Part shown: piece after piece, positions 47,822 to 56,784 of the stretch | How positions within the stretch are numbered: position 1 is the first letter of the stretch | How the letters are laid out: each line of letters opens with the position of its first letter | Origin: Euryarchaeota archaeon UBA463 | Lineage (GTDB): Archaea; Thermoplasmatota; Poseidoniia; Poseidoniales; Thalassarchaeaceae | Direction: 5' to 3' | Length of the DNA: 64,000 nt | Assembly: GCA_002501805.1 (NCBI GenBank) | Contig: DAOI01000011.1 | Coordinates: 7,641-71,640, forward strand | Made by a program: the position numbers and the translations under genes | Notes under the pieces: generated by a model | Seen by the model: only the letters and a program-made list of their open reading frames with translations | What the model was told of the DNA's origin: nothing | Database searches by the model: none

Positions 47822-48286
47822 GTGACTATGAATGGTCGATTCCCGCCCAAAGATATGGGGATACTCAGAGCTGAGTGGAGGATACATGCATGCGAGCTTG
47901 ATGACATAGCTCTAATCCAGAAATCTCTGGAGTGGTTGTCAGGGATTGATGATTGTGTTGTCTGGAAAAAGGACAAGTCATTTCACGGCCCCCCGATAAG
48001 TACCGGTATGGTAAAGATAGGAAGAAAAAAACTGGCTAGAGAGAGTCTGGGTAGGCTTGGTAGTGAAACCCTACAGCAATTACTTTCAGATGGCCTTGAA
48101 AAGAGGATTGACGATGACAAGAATATGCACCTTAGGATCTCTCTTTCTAAACTCGTCAAGGGAGAAGTCAGGCTCTGTACAAGAGATAGAAGTGAGGCCT
48201 TCGTAAAGGGGCTATTCAAGATTGAGTCCTATCCTGGTGATAATCATCTCGAGATTGCTACGGAATTAGTGAGAAGCATGACATAG
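47822..48286 (+). CDS. hypothetical protein (possibly DUF54 / COG1325-like RNA-binding protein)
   Basis: 154-aa ORF divergent from rps3ae. The N-terminal pattern ILRAEWRIHACELDDIALIQKSLEWLSG is reminiscent of the small archaeal RNA-binding family. This is a weak recollection only. Confidence 0.4.
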   Translation: MTMNGRFPPKDMGILRAEWRIHACELDDIALIQKSLEWLSGIDDCVVWKKDKSFHGPPISTGMVKIGRKKLARESLGRLGSETLQQLLSDGLEKRIDDDKNMHLRISLSKLVKGEVRLCTRDRSEAFVKGLFKIESYPGDNHLEIATELVRSMT

Positions 48287-48351
48287 TTGTTTATTCCTCG
48301 TGAATAAGAGCAAGAGTTCAAATGTATTGGCTGCGGAGTAAGCATGATAAT

Positions 48352-48624
48352 ATGACACACGTAGTAACCTCAGCATGCGTTGATCACAAATACCAAGATT
48401 GTGTGGCCGTTTGTCCGGTCGAGGCATTCAGAGAAGCTGACAATTACCTGGTCATAGATCCGGATGAGTGTATTGATTGTGCGGCATGTGTCGCTGAGTG
48501 CCCTGTTGAGGCCATATTTGCGGATACTGATTTGCCAGATGAGTTCGAGGAATGGCTCGATAGAAATGAGGAAGAGGCCCCAGACCTTCCAATTGCAGAA
48601 GGGGACTCTCCTGTTCTAGCCTAA
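48352..48624 (+). CDS. 7Fe ferredoxin ([3Fe-4S][4Fe-4S], Azotobacter FdxA type)
   Basis: MTHVVTSACVDHKYQDCVAVCPVEAF ... DPDECIDCAACVAECPVEAI matches the FdxA cysteine pattern. The start is set at the ATG at 48352. Confidence 0.9.
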   Translation: MTHVVTSACVDHKYQDCVAVCPVEAFREADNYLVIDPDECIDCAACVAECPVEAIFADTDLPDEFEEWLDRNEEEAPDLPIAEGDSPVLA

Positions 48625-48671
48625 TTGTTAAGATTGTCATTACATAGGTTCTTGAGTGGACTGTTGTAGCG

Positions 48672-49679
48672 GTGTACATGAGTACTACCCTTGATCTGAC
48701 GAAGATGCGTCACGGAACCGAGCTCCTGAAGAGGGGTTTTGCCAAAATGCAAGAGGGAGGGGTGATCATGGATGTTGTCACACCTGAAGAGGCTCACATT
48801 GCCGAGGATGCTGGTGCAGTTTCGGTTATGGCGTTGGAAAGAGTTCCTGCAGATATTCGTGCCATGGGAGGAGTTGCAAGGATGAGTCATCCACAGATGA
48901 TTCAAGAAATAATAGAAACTACTAGTATTCCTGTAATGGCCAAGGCCAGAATTGGGCACAGCGAAGAGGCCCGTGTATTAGAGCAACTAGGAGTGGACAT
49001 GATAGACGAGTCTGAAGTCTTAACACCTGCTGATCCATTCTTTCACATACCCAAGAACGATTTCACAATTCCTTTTGTGTGTGGATGTACCAACCTAGGC
49101 GAGGCGGTTAGAAGGATTGCTGAAGGATCCGCGATGATTAGAACGAAAGGAGAGGCAGGAACAGGCAACGTTGTCAGCGCAGTACAACACGCTGTTCTCG
49201 TCAGTAAAGAAATTGAGTATGCTTACGAAATTAGTGAGAGCTCGGATAGCAAAAAGTACGAAGAGGTCATTTCATCGATTATGGACGGATACAATCGGGT
49301 AAAGAAAGGTTCAAAATTTAATCTCCACTCTAAGACAACGCCCTTTGGAAAAATGGAAGAGCTGCGTTCTGAAGTAGAATCTGTAATTTCGGAGGTAGTG
49401 CAAAATAGGCGCTTACCTGTTGTTACTTTCTCCGCGGGAGGCATTGCAACTCCAGCAGATGCGGCTTTGATGATGAATCATGGGATGGATGGCGTCTTTG
49501 TAGGCTCTGGAATATTCAAGAGCTCGGATCCAGCTAATACAGCAGAGGCCATCGTCATGGCTACCCACCACTACAACGACCCATCAATCGTTTCTGAAGC
49601 ATGTTCGATGATTGGTGAAGCAATGCCCGGACTAGAGATTGAGACTCTAGAAGTTAGGCTAGAAGAGAGAGGATGGTAA
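48672..49679 (+). CDS. pdxS: pyridoxal 5'-phosphate synthase lyase subunit PdxS
   Basis: [39 protein letters not shown] and GEAGTGN..., ending EERGW. It has a roughly 36-aa insertion relative to B. subtilis PdxS, as in other long archaeal PdxS. Confidence 0.95.
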   Translation: MYMSTTLDLTKMRHGTELLKRGFAKMQEGGVIMDVVTPEEAHIAEDAGAVSVMALERVPADIRAMGGVARMSHPQMIQEIIETTSIPVMAKARIGHSEEARVLEQLGVDMIDESEVLTPADPFFHIPKNDFTIPFVCGCTNLGEAVRRIAEGSAMIRTKGEAGTGNVVSAVQHAVLVSKEIEYAYEISESSDSKKYEEVISSIMDGYNRVKKGSKFNLHSKTTPFGKMEELRSEVESVISEVVQNRRLPVVTFSAGGIATPADAALMMNHGMDGVFVGSGIFKSSDPANTAEAIVMATHHYNDPSIVSEACSMIGEAMPGLEIETLEVRLEERGW

Positions 49680-49681
49680 TA

Positions 49682-50725
49682 CTACTTTCTGGTTTTTCTA
49701 AAGGCGCCAACTTTCCTGGATTTCCTTCTTTTTTGAGGAGCAGTGGCATTTGCGTTTGGAGATGCCTGCGGATCTCCTGACATTGACCCACCTAGGGTTA
49801 GTGAACCCTCAGAAAGTAACCTATCAGTAAGTGAGTCTGCTAGAACCTCGTCATTATCAGGTGTCTTTAGGGCTTCCCTAACGGACTCATTATGATCCCT
49901 TATTACTCTGGCCCTTTCCTCTCTCCTTGACTTCATCTCATCTCTGGCCTCGTTTACCTCTTTCAGGAGGGCTTCAATTTCAGCATGTACGGAGTTAGCC
50001 AATTCTTTAGATTCTACAAATATCTCATGGAGACGGTCTCCCTCGGATCTTAGGAAGTCTCTTTCTTCGAGCATTGGTTTTACTTCTTCCCAAATATCGT
50101 CGGCTTCTTGGTGGGCACTTTTCATCGCTTCATGTTGCGCGTCGGCTTCTGCCTTAAGTGTCTGAATGGTGCCTTCCAAATCTCCGAGATCGATATTTAT
50201 GGCCTCAAACTCGGCGGCCTTTGGAAGTAGTTCGTCTCTCCTGGATGCCAAATTCTTAAGCTTTCTAAGAAGTCTATTCTCAGCCTTGAGAGTCAGTGTA
50301 CCATCCGTCATCAGCTTATTTTCAATTTGAGAAATCTCAGCAATAGCTTCCGATAGTTCAACCACGTCAGACTTGGCCTTTCCTGCTTCATTTCTCCTAC
50401 CCTTCTTACTGTTGATTATCTCCCTGATCCTAGACTGTATGGCATCCCTCTGGGCCTGATGGGATTTAGCCCGAGCTCTGACTTCTTTCTGCTGTGATAA
50501 TTTTTCCTCTATGTTGGACCTTATCTCCTTAGACTGATCCTGAACTGAGTTTCTTGAATTGGCGGCCCTTCTAGCGTCTTCGTTATGAGATGCCCTTTGG
50601 TCCCTCATTCTCCTAAGCCTAGCCTCCATAGCGTGGAGCCTAGTTTTTAGGTCATCATCAGGACCCTTTTCCTCATCGTTCACGTCCATGCGACGAGGTA
50701 GAAGTTCTTGAATGGAACTCATCAA
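49682..50725 (-). CDS. long coiled-coil protein, paralog 1 (COG1340-like), basic C-terminal tail
   Basis: 347 aa, heptad-rich and rich in E, K, R and L. Mid-protein motif IENKLMTDGTLTLKAENRLLRKLKNL, C-terminal LLSEGSLTLGG and tail KRRKSRKVGAFRKTRK. The start overlaps the upstream gene stop by 4 nt. Confidence 0.6.
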   Translation of the reverse strand: MMSSIQELLPRRMDVNDEEKGPDDDLKTRLHAMEARLRRMRDQRASHNEDARRAANSRNSVQDQSKEIRSNIEEKLSQQKEVRARAKSHQAQRDAIQSRIREIINSKKGRRNEAGKAKSDVVELSEAIAEISQIENKLMTDGTLTLKAENRLLRKLKNLASRRDELLPKAAEFEAINIDLGDLEGTIQTLKAEADAQHEAMKSAHQEADDIWEEVKPMLEERDFLRSEGDRLHEIFVESKELANSVHAEIEALLKEVNEARDEMKSRREERARVIRDHNESVREALKTPDNDEVLADSLTDRLLSEGSLTLGGSMSGDPQASPNANATAPQKRRKSRKVGAFRKTRK

Positions 50726-52290
50726 AGTAGCCCAAGTACTGAACCAGCTAAGGGCAACAATGGAGATGTGATAGCAATTAGAGCCCCAAACATGAACATT
50801 GCACCGACTGTCCTTCTTGTTCTTGTGATTAGATCGCTCCCAACTTGGACATTTAGGACCCTTCCTGAGATGAGGTTGCCAGAGTCGTCTTCCAGTCTCA
50901 CTGTAACAGTAGCTTCTCCCTTAATGGATGGTAGCAGACTTTGCCAGACAATACTCGTACTATTTGTCATTTCTTGAATCATAGAAGATAGTGAAGAGGG
51001 ATTCAGTGGATCTGATGACGAAATTAGAGGGGATGAATGTAATTTGTAAACGCATTCATTCGGTTTGAAGTCAGGAGTCTGTATTTTCAAAACGAGATCT
51101 TTTGGCTCATCACCGGAATTGAGTATGAAAGCAAATAAATTTGCCTGTCCTACAACCAGATTTTCCATATCTACATCAAACCAGAAGCCTCCATCTGAGC
51201 TACTGATTCCTCTTCTCATTCTCATCCTATCATGTAGTCTAAAAAATGGCTTGCATTCACTTCTAGCGTGTTGCAGAAGCCTATCCCAAGTCTCCTCACC
51301 TACTTCTGGGTGTCTGAAAAGTCCGTCTATTGCCGTTGGTTCGACCATCAATTCTAAATTTTTTCTGAACTCAGAGTCGGATATTAGGGAAGATCTCCTC
51401 AAGTGAAGTAATAAGAACAAGGACTCTTGTAACTCGGACATTGTGTAGCCTTCTCTAAGTTCCGATCTAACCGTTTTAAGGTACTCAGTAATTCTTATTC
51501 CAAGGAGTGGGTCAATGTGCGCTTTTATCACATCGTTGAATGGCCTGGTTAGTAAGGCCGGGTGAATTGGAGGAGAAAATGCCTCGAGCATGCCCCATGG
51601 TTCGGATGCATTGAATCTAGATCTGATGGAGATAAGTTGGACTCCATAACCTGCTAGCAGGGACCCAGTAGATAGTGCCAATAGTACTGGACTGACCTGT
51701 TCTTGACCAGAGGGGAACCATAGGGATAATGCAAGAAGAATTGATGAGATTGCAATCAATGATGAGATTGCTGTAACCTGTCTAATCGAACCATCTAGAG
51801 TAGCCCTCATTTCAGCATAACCATGAGAACTCCTAAACGTTAGGCCCGAGGAAGTTAGTGCATCTGCTTCGTAATGAAATATTGTTCTTGAATATGTCAT
51901 CATCCTAAGCAAGATTGTTAATAGAAAAATATCGGCTATCAGTATCAGTAATGCTGTGGCATATGTGGTCCGGACCAATGAAAAACCACCTGCCGCTTCC
52001 CTTAGAGTCTCATTCCACCAGTCCGTATCATTGCTACCGTATGACTGCGCTGCGCCAAGTAGGACAATTGCCAACAATGGCAAGAATAGTACAAGTCTGG
52101 CCCCTCCGCTCACCAGTAGTCTATCTAACCTCAAAAGTGCTGATTCTTTTGAGCGGAGTGTGTCGTCCATCCAGGGGGTAGCCGATGTTGAAATATTAGA
52201 AACTGGGACTGAAGGAGCTGGTGGAGCAATACCAGACAAGTCATCCGCCATGGAATCGAGATCCATGTTTTCATGCTCTTTAATCGACAT
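50722..52290 (-). CDS. polytopic membrane protein with a large soluble domain, unknown function
   Basis: 522 aa with at least 4 N-terminal TM helices (LVLFLPLLAIVLLGA, ALLILIADIFLLTILL, ISSLIAISSILLALSL, VLLALSTGSLLAGYGV). A soluble helical plus beta-rich region follows, then a C-terminal TM helix (AMFMFGALIAITSPLLPLAG). Confidence 0.6.
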   Translation of the reverse strand: MSIKEHENMDLDSMADDLSGIAPPAPSVPVSNISTSATPWMDDTLRSKESALLRLDRLLVSGGARLVLFLPLLAIVLLGAAQSYGSNDTDWWNETLREAAGGFSLVRTTYATALLILIADIFLLTILLRMMTYSRTIFHYEADALTSSGLTFRSSHGYAEMRATLDGSIRQVTAISSLIAISSILLALSLWFPSGQEQVSPVLLALSTGSLLAGYGVQLISIRSRFNASEPWGMLEAFSPPIHPALLTRPFNDVIKAHIDPLLGIRITEYLKTVRSELREGYTMSELQESLFLLLHLRRSSLISDSEFRKNLELMVEPTAIDGLFRHPEVGEETWDRLLQHARSECKPFFRLHDRMRMRRGISSSDGGFWFDVDMENLVVGQANLFAFILNSGDEPKDLVLKIQTPDFKPNECVYKLHSSPLISSSDPLNPSSLSSMIQEMTNSTSIVWQSLLPSIKGEATVTVRLEDDSGNLISGRVLNVQVGSDLITRTRRTVGAMFMFGALIAITSPLLPLAGSVLGLL

Positions 52291-52942
52291 TGTAAACCTC
52301 CGTACGTGATAGAATCCTCTTCATGATAGCCTCACTAATGACGATTAGTTGACCATTGGAATATACCCCCTCTTCGCGAACTTCTATTCTAGATCCAGCC
52401 CCTAGGCCTGATAATTCCAGTGTCTTCACATCAGTTGGCTGAAGTGCAATCACCTCTATTGTTGCTGAAGAGCCGATAGGGAGGAATGAAATAGGTAACA
52501 ATAGACCCTCAGAAATCGGCTTTACTGAACGCTTTATAGATGGAATTTTATTACCTGCTGGAGTCTGTTTCGGATACCCTAACATTCTATCTAGTGATTC
52601 CTCTAGATCAATTGACATGTTGTGCTCCATCTTACAGGCGGCGGCATCAACGTCGCCATCAAATCCAATTACGTCAGTAAGTAAAATCTGCAACAGGCCC
52701 TCCCTTCTTTTTATCCTAGCTGCCGTGTTAAACCCTATCGGGGTGAGTCTGCACCCCTTGTAAGGAACATATGTCAATAGGCCCCTTTCCGATAGTCTTT
52801 GTATCATTTCCGTGGAAGAAGCGTTGCTAACTGACATTATGTCAGCTAATTGGGAGGTCTTGACAATAGTACTTGGCTCTGAATCATAAATCTCAAAGAT
52901 TCTCTTCAGATACATCTCTTCGAATTCACTCAGTTCACTCAT
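52280..52942 (-). CDS. DtxR/MntR-family metal-dependent transcriptional regulator with FeoA/SH3-like C-terminal domain
   Basis: N-terminal wHTH (EEMYLKRIFEIY...TSQLADIMSVSNASSTEMIQRLSERGLL) and the metal-site helix AACKMEHNMS (compare DtxR C102/E105/H106). C-terminal FeoA-like domain (LPIGSSATIEVI...GLGAGSRIEV). The ATG at 52942 lies 2 nt after the upstream stop. Confidence 0.8.
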   Translation of the reverse strand: MSELSEFEEMYLKRIFEIYDSEPSTIVKTSQLADIMSVSNASSTEMIQRLSERGLLTYVPYKGCRLTPIGFNTAARIKRREGLLQILLTDVIGFDGDVDAAACKMEHNMSIDLEESLDRMLGYPKQTPAGNKIPSIKRSVKPISEGLLLPISFLPIGSSATIEVIALQPTDVKTLELSGLGAGSRIEVREEGVYSNGQLIVISEAIMKRILSRTEVYNVD

Positions 52943-54842
52943 CCAAATCACCTCCAAGAGCCATAAACTCACATCTACATGCAGGACATCTTGACATTAC
53001 TGGCCTCTTGACCAATGGCACCTTGAGTAATTGTTCGCAAGAAGGACATGAAAGTATATCGTTATCTGAGGAAGAGAAAATATCTATATTTTTTTCTATT
53101 TCTTTACTTTCTATTTCTTCCTCTATGGCAGGTGGGTCAGAGCCAATTTTGATTTCCTTTCTTACTCCAACTTCGAAGCTGTTTGAGCATGCAGGACATC
53201 GTACTCTGCCTACATGATCTCCTGGGATACTGAGTCTTTGACTACACGTTGGGCATGATGCCTCTATGTTATCTAGCTCCCTCCTTTTCTCGATTCTTGA
53301 AGTAGAGTCAAGGTTCTTCTTTTCCGTGTCGGGGGTCCTTTCTGTTGCAACTCTCCAGAACGCGAGTAAGATCATCATCAAAACTAGGCCGGAGACTACA
53401 CCCAAGAGTGCCGCGGTTGGGTCGAATGGTATCTCAAAACCATCCGAAGGCCTCTGATTAGCCTGAACCGCTATACTTCCCGAATATGCGCTTATGGCAG
53501 ATGAAAATTTTACTTGCAAGGCTGTGGTTCCTTCATCCTGCCAATTGGGGACAGTCAATGATATCGGCTTTTCCTCTCCAACATTTACTTGAATCATTGA
53601 CAATCCTGAATCGCTGAAAATATAACCATCTGAGACCCTTGACAGTGAAACATGTCCAGGTAGAGAATCTGAGTTGCCTGTGTTTGAAATTGTACATGTG
53701 ATAATTAGTGTATCTGAGAATTCTAGAACATCTGGGCTCTGAACACATGAAGAAATCTCAATGATTGGCTGTGGACTAATTAGTTGTATATCTAAATCTG
53801 GAATTTGTTTCGAATGCCAACTCAGTGGATCTACAGAAATTTCTATCCTATCTAATCCCGGACTAGGATCAGTAATTTGAATATTGAGTTGTCTTACACC
53901 CTGGCTTAATGTGATTGTAAATTTCTGAAGCTCTTTGGAGATGCCAGATTCAAATTCACTTATCGAAACTTGTACATTTCTTTCAGACCCATCTGAGAGA
54001 GAAATCCAATAGTCGATTGATATTCCATTAGAAACTGACCAGTCGCTTGATGAAAGGCCCACTCTAACATCCTGTTGTGGAAGAATGGTAATTGTATGGT
54101 TTCCAGATAAGTCCGGAGATACCCCTCCTAAATCACTATTAATTTTCCACTGGAGCCATTTTTCACCGTACGAAGAGAAGTTGAAATCTACTGAAATCTC
54201 CCTACTGGAGCCCGGGGTAATCAAAACGGGTTCTCCCGAGAATAATATAATTGAGTCGGTGTCATAGAGCGTGAGCATAACTGAACCTTCCGAATCGCCT
54301 CCATTGCCCACCAATATTGAGGCTGTTAGAATATCGCCTACATATGCCGGTTCACCTGTTATTGCGATAATTGCATCTCCTGCAGAAGTGAAGAGTATTG
54401 GATTTGGAGATACAGTAATTTCTATAGTTTCAGAAATATTAGAAGTAGAGTTTTCCAGAGAAATTTCGAATTTTAGTTTCATAACCCCTTCAATGAGTGG
54501 ACCTAGTGTCATCTCAGAAAGTTGGTTTTCATTAGCACCCCATGTCTCGTTTTGACCGGCCAATGGGTGCCATACTCCTTCGGAAAATAATTTTAATTTC
54601 CAACTACCGTTTATTTCCTGGTTTCCTGTGTTACTTACCTGTACTGAGATCCTAACATAATCGCCATCAGAGAAGGTTTCGTTGCCATTCGGCAATGAAG
54701 TAGACTGATCAATAACCAATATTTCCCAGTCAGAGGAGTCTTGAATTTCCATTTCTGATAATTGTGAGTCATTAGCAGATGCAGAATTGGAAAAAATAAG
54801 TATGAAAGAGAGTAATATGATGTATGATACGGTATGCTTCAT
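52935..54842 (-). CDS. type-I membrane surface protein: CARDB/Ig-like repeats outside, tandem zinc ribbons inside
   Basis: Signal peptide MKHTVSYIILLSFILIFSNSASA. Repeated CARDB-like motifs (VRISVQVSNTGNQEINGSWKLKLF; LTASILVGNGGDSEGSVMLTLY; ITCTISNTGNSDSLPGHVSLS). TM helix LLGVVSGLVLMMILLAFW. The cytoplasmic tail carries CPTCSQRLSIPGDHVGRVRCPACSNSFEV and CPSCEQLLKVPLVKRPVMSRCPACRCEFMA. Confidence 0.65.
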   Translation of the reverse strand: MKHTVSYIILLSFILIFSNSASANDSQLSEMEIQDSSDWEILVIDQSTSLPNGNETFSDGDYVRISVQVSNTGNQEINGSWKLKLFSEGVWHPLAGQNETWGANENQLSEMTLGPLIEGVMKLKFEISLENSTSNISETIEITVSPNPILFTSAGDAIIAITGEPAYVGDILTASILVGNGGDSEGSVMLTLYDTDSIILFSGEPVLITPGSSREISVDFNFSSYGEKWLQWKINSDLGGVSPDLSGNHTITILPQQDVRVGLSSSDWSVSNGISIDYWISLSDGSERNVQVSISEFESGISKELQKFTITLSQGVRQLNIQITDPSPGLDRIEISVDPLSWHSKQIPDLDIQLISPQPIIEISSCVQSPDVLEFSDTLIITCTISNTGNSDSLPGHVSLSRVSDGYIFSDSGLSMIQVNVGEEKPISLTVPNWQDEGTTALQVKFSSAISAYSGSIAVQANQRPSDGFEIPFDPTAALLGVVSGLVLMMILLAFWRVATERTPDTEKKNLDSTSRIEKRRELDNIEASCPTCSQRLSIPGDHVGRVRCPACSNSFEVGVRKEIKIGSDPPAIEEEIESKEIEKNIDIFSSSDNDILSCPSCEQLLKVPLVKRPVMSRCPACRCEFMALGGDLDE

Positions 54843-54895
54843 ATCCTCGCCTCAAAACTTCCGAGATGTGCGGGCGTATGAAACAAACCCCTTCC

Positions 54896-54914
54896 AAGGT
54901 CACATAGTGACCTT
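54896..54914. promoter_or_regulatory. perfect 19-bp palindrome (AAGGTCAC-ATA-GTGACCTT), candidate operator in a divergent promoter region
   Basis: 8-bp arms with a 3-bp spacer, read directly from the sequence. It lies 32 nt upstream of the ATG at 54946 and 54 nt upstream of the minus-strand start at 54842. A DtxR-family regulator is encoded in the adjacent operon. Confidence 0.5.
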
Positions 54915-54945
54915 TAACCGACGGTCCCGGCTGGAGCCGAATACA

Positions 54946-55758
54946 ATGGACGTCCAACAGTTGCTAGAGGTAAAACCGGATGAGCTAGCAAAGGGCTTGC
55001 TAGCACGATGGAAGGCATTAGAAGAGCAACTTCCGAATGTTATTAGGAATCTGGAAGCAGAGGAGGAAGCTCTCTCTCCACGTGTTAAGAGAGCAGTTGA
55101 TTCCCATAGTAAAGCAAATGAAATTGTAGCTGAAATGAAGACTGAAAGAGATTCTTCACAGGCCGTTGCTAGATCTAAATTATCCGAAGTTAAAGAATCG
55201 ATAGAGTTACTCTCCAAGAAGGGCGGGATGGTAAGTCTGGATCCCGAATGGAAGAAATTGAAGCTTCTTGAAGAGCTTGAGGATATAGAAGAAAAGATAG
55301 AAACCTCGGCATTGGACCATAAAGAAGAAGGGAAGCTGATTGCCAAGCGAAGGAAACTCATTGAAAAGAATGAGAAATGGCTCAAAGATAGGAGAGAGTC
55401 TAATCCTGAGATGGCTAAGTATGTGGAATCAAGGAAGACTATGATTTCCAATTTTAGGATTTCAGAAGCATCACATTCAAGGATGCTGAAGGCAGTAGAA
55501 AAGGCACAGCCTCTGTATGAAAAAAAGGTATCACTACAGTCTGAAATCAGGGATATAAGGAGGCAGTTAGATCGAGCTAGAGAGCTATACGCCCAGTCAT
55601 CAGATGCAATCTCATTGTGGGAGGGGAAATTATCTGCTGGTTTCGGAGATAGTTCTACTGGATTTGATGATCTTCTCACAGATATGAATAGGGTATTAGA
55701 TGGCGGTGCTTCTTCGTTTGCAAGGAAGAAATCCAAGAAGGAGGAGGAAGAGGAATGA
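54946..55758 (+). CDS. long coiled-coil protein, paralog 2 (COG1340-like)
   Basis: 270 aa from the Met at 54946. The ORF-track start at 54787 would overlap the divergent gene. Motif IEEKIETSALDHKEEGKLIAKRRKL and C-terminal VLDGGASSFARKKSKKEEEEE. Confidence 0.6.
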   Translation: MDVQQLLEVKPDELAKGLLARWKALEEQLPNVIRNLEAEEEALSPRVKRAVDSHSKANEIVAEMKTERDSSQAVARSKLSEVKESIELLSKKGGMVSLDPEWKKLKLLEELEDIEEKIETSALDHKEEGKLIAKRRKLIEKNEKWLKDRRESNPEMAKYVESRKTMISNFRISEASHSRMLKAVEKAQPLYEKKVSLQSEIRDIRRQLDRARELYAQSSDAISLWEGKLSAGFGDSSTGFDDLLTDMNRVLDGGASSFARKKSKKEEEEE

Positions 55759-56720
55759 GTGAAGATAATACCGCTAGCTTATTCAATGACTTAGAAGATC
55801 TTGATGGCCATGAGGTTCAAGAAATGAGGAGTAGTCTTGAAAGAGAGTTGGGTTCTATTGAGGGCGAAAAGAGAGACTTGCGTTCGGAGAGGATGGACCT
55901 AGTTAACAGGGTTAGAGTCCTTCGTGGCATCGTAGGTAAGATGGAGGGGGCCAATTCAGAGAGAAGGGGCCTATTAAGGAAATTTCATGAAATAAGAAAA
56001 GCTGCAGATTCATCTAGAAAGAAGAGGGACGATGTGAATAGGCTCATCCCCCCTCCAATGGATGTACTGAAGGAGTGGCTATCTGAAACACATAGGAGAT
56101 TGACCACTATTGACAACGACTTGACTGCGGTCCCTACACTCTCTCGAGAGTTGGAGGCATTCAGAAGATTTTTTGAAATTCAAGCGTCTATTATAAAGAA
56201 GGCCGAATCAGAAACAGCTCACTCGGAATATGTAGAGAAAGCTAAGGAAATGAGAGAAGTAACCGTAAAACTTGATGCTGGACGTAAGGAAAAAGAGGTG
56301 TTGGAGAATGAGGCGACATCGGAGTCTGGAAATGAAAATAAAGCCAGTAGAGCCGAAGTAAGTAAAATTAGTAAGAGGATTTCAAAAATCGATAAGCGGA
56401 TAGATGTGATTGAGTCAAAAAGGAAGTCTTTGAGGAAGGGGCTTTCCAGAGTTAAGACGTATCAGAGGATAACTGGTGGGAGGAATAGGAAAGTCAGATT
56501 CTCTGAAATCAAAGCCAAAGCCAAAACAGGTGGTTCTCTGAGTACCGTAGAACTAGATGCCCTTCTGGGATCAGGAAGTCTATCGGACTTGACTGGTGAG
56601 ACTGGAGATATTGAGTCCAAAGTTGATGCTAAGAATACGCCTACTAAGAAGAAGAGAAGGATTGGAGTATCTCGAAGGGGACCTAGAAAAGGCAATCTCG
56701 CAACTAAGAGGGAAGATTGA
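55755..56720 (+). CDS. long coiled-coil protein, paralog 3 (COG1340-like), basic C-terminal tail
   Basis: 321 aa, with the start overlapping the paralog 2 stop by 4 nt. Motif IDNDLTAVPTLSRELEAFRRFFEI, C-terminal TGGSLSTVELDALLG and tail KKKRRIGVSRRGPRKGNLATKR. Confidence 0.6.
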   Translation: MSEDNTASLFNDLEDLDGHEVQEMRSSLERELGSIEGEKRDLRSERMDLVNRVRVLRGIVGKMEGANSERRGLLRKFHEIRKAADSSRKKRDDVNRLIPPPMDVLKEWLSETHRRLTTIDNDLTAVPTLSRELEAFRRFFEIQASIIKKAESETAHSEYVEKAKEMREVTVKLDAGRKEKEVLENEATSESGNENKASRAEVSKISKRISKIDKRIDVIESKRKSLRKGLSRVKTYQRITGGRNRKVRFSEIKAKAKTGGSLSTVELDALLGSGSLSDLTGETGDIESKVDAKNTPTKKKRRIGVSRRGPRKGNLATKRED

Positions 56721-56784
56721 GTGAATTGTTGCTCTACTATGTTCTTAAATGTCAGTACAAATTCGGTAATGTTGGGGTCACATA

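Noticed and set aside
49190-49420. ~36-aa insertion in PdxS relative to B. subtilis PdxS
   Set aside because: From memory, long (~330 aa) PdxS proteins with an insertion at this position are known from archaea such as Methanocaldococcus. It is probably a normal lineage feature rather than a novelty.
54900-55736. 278-aa ORF antisense to the coiled-coil gene (similar cases: 56895..57182 and 56462..56695)
   Set aside because: The Ser/Phe/Leu-rich translation is the mirror image of the E/K/L-rich codons of the sense gene. There are no motifs, and the ORF lies entirely inside a better-supported gene.
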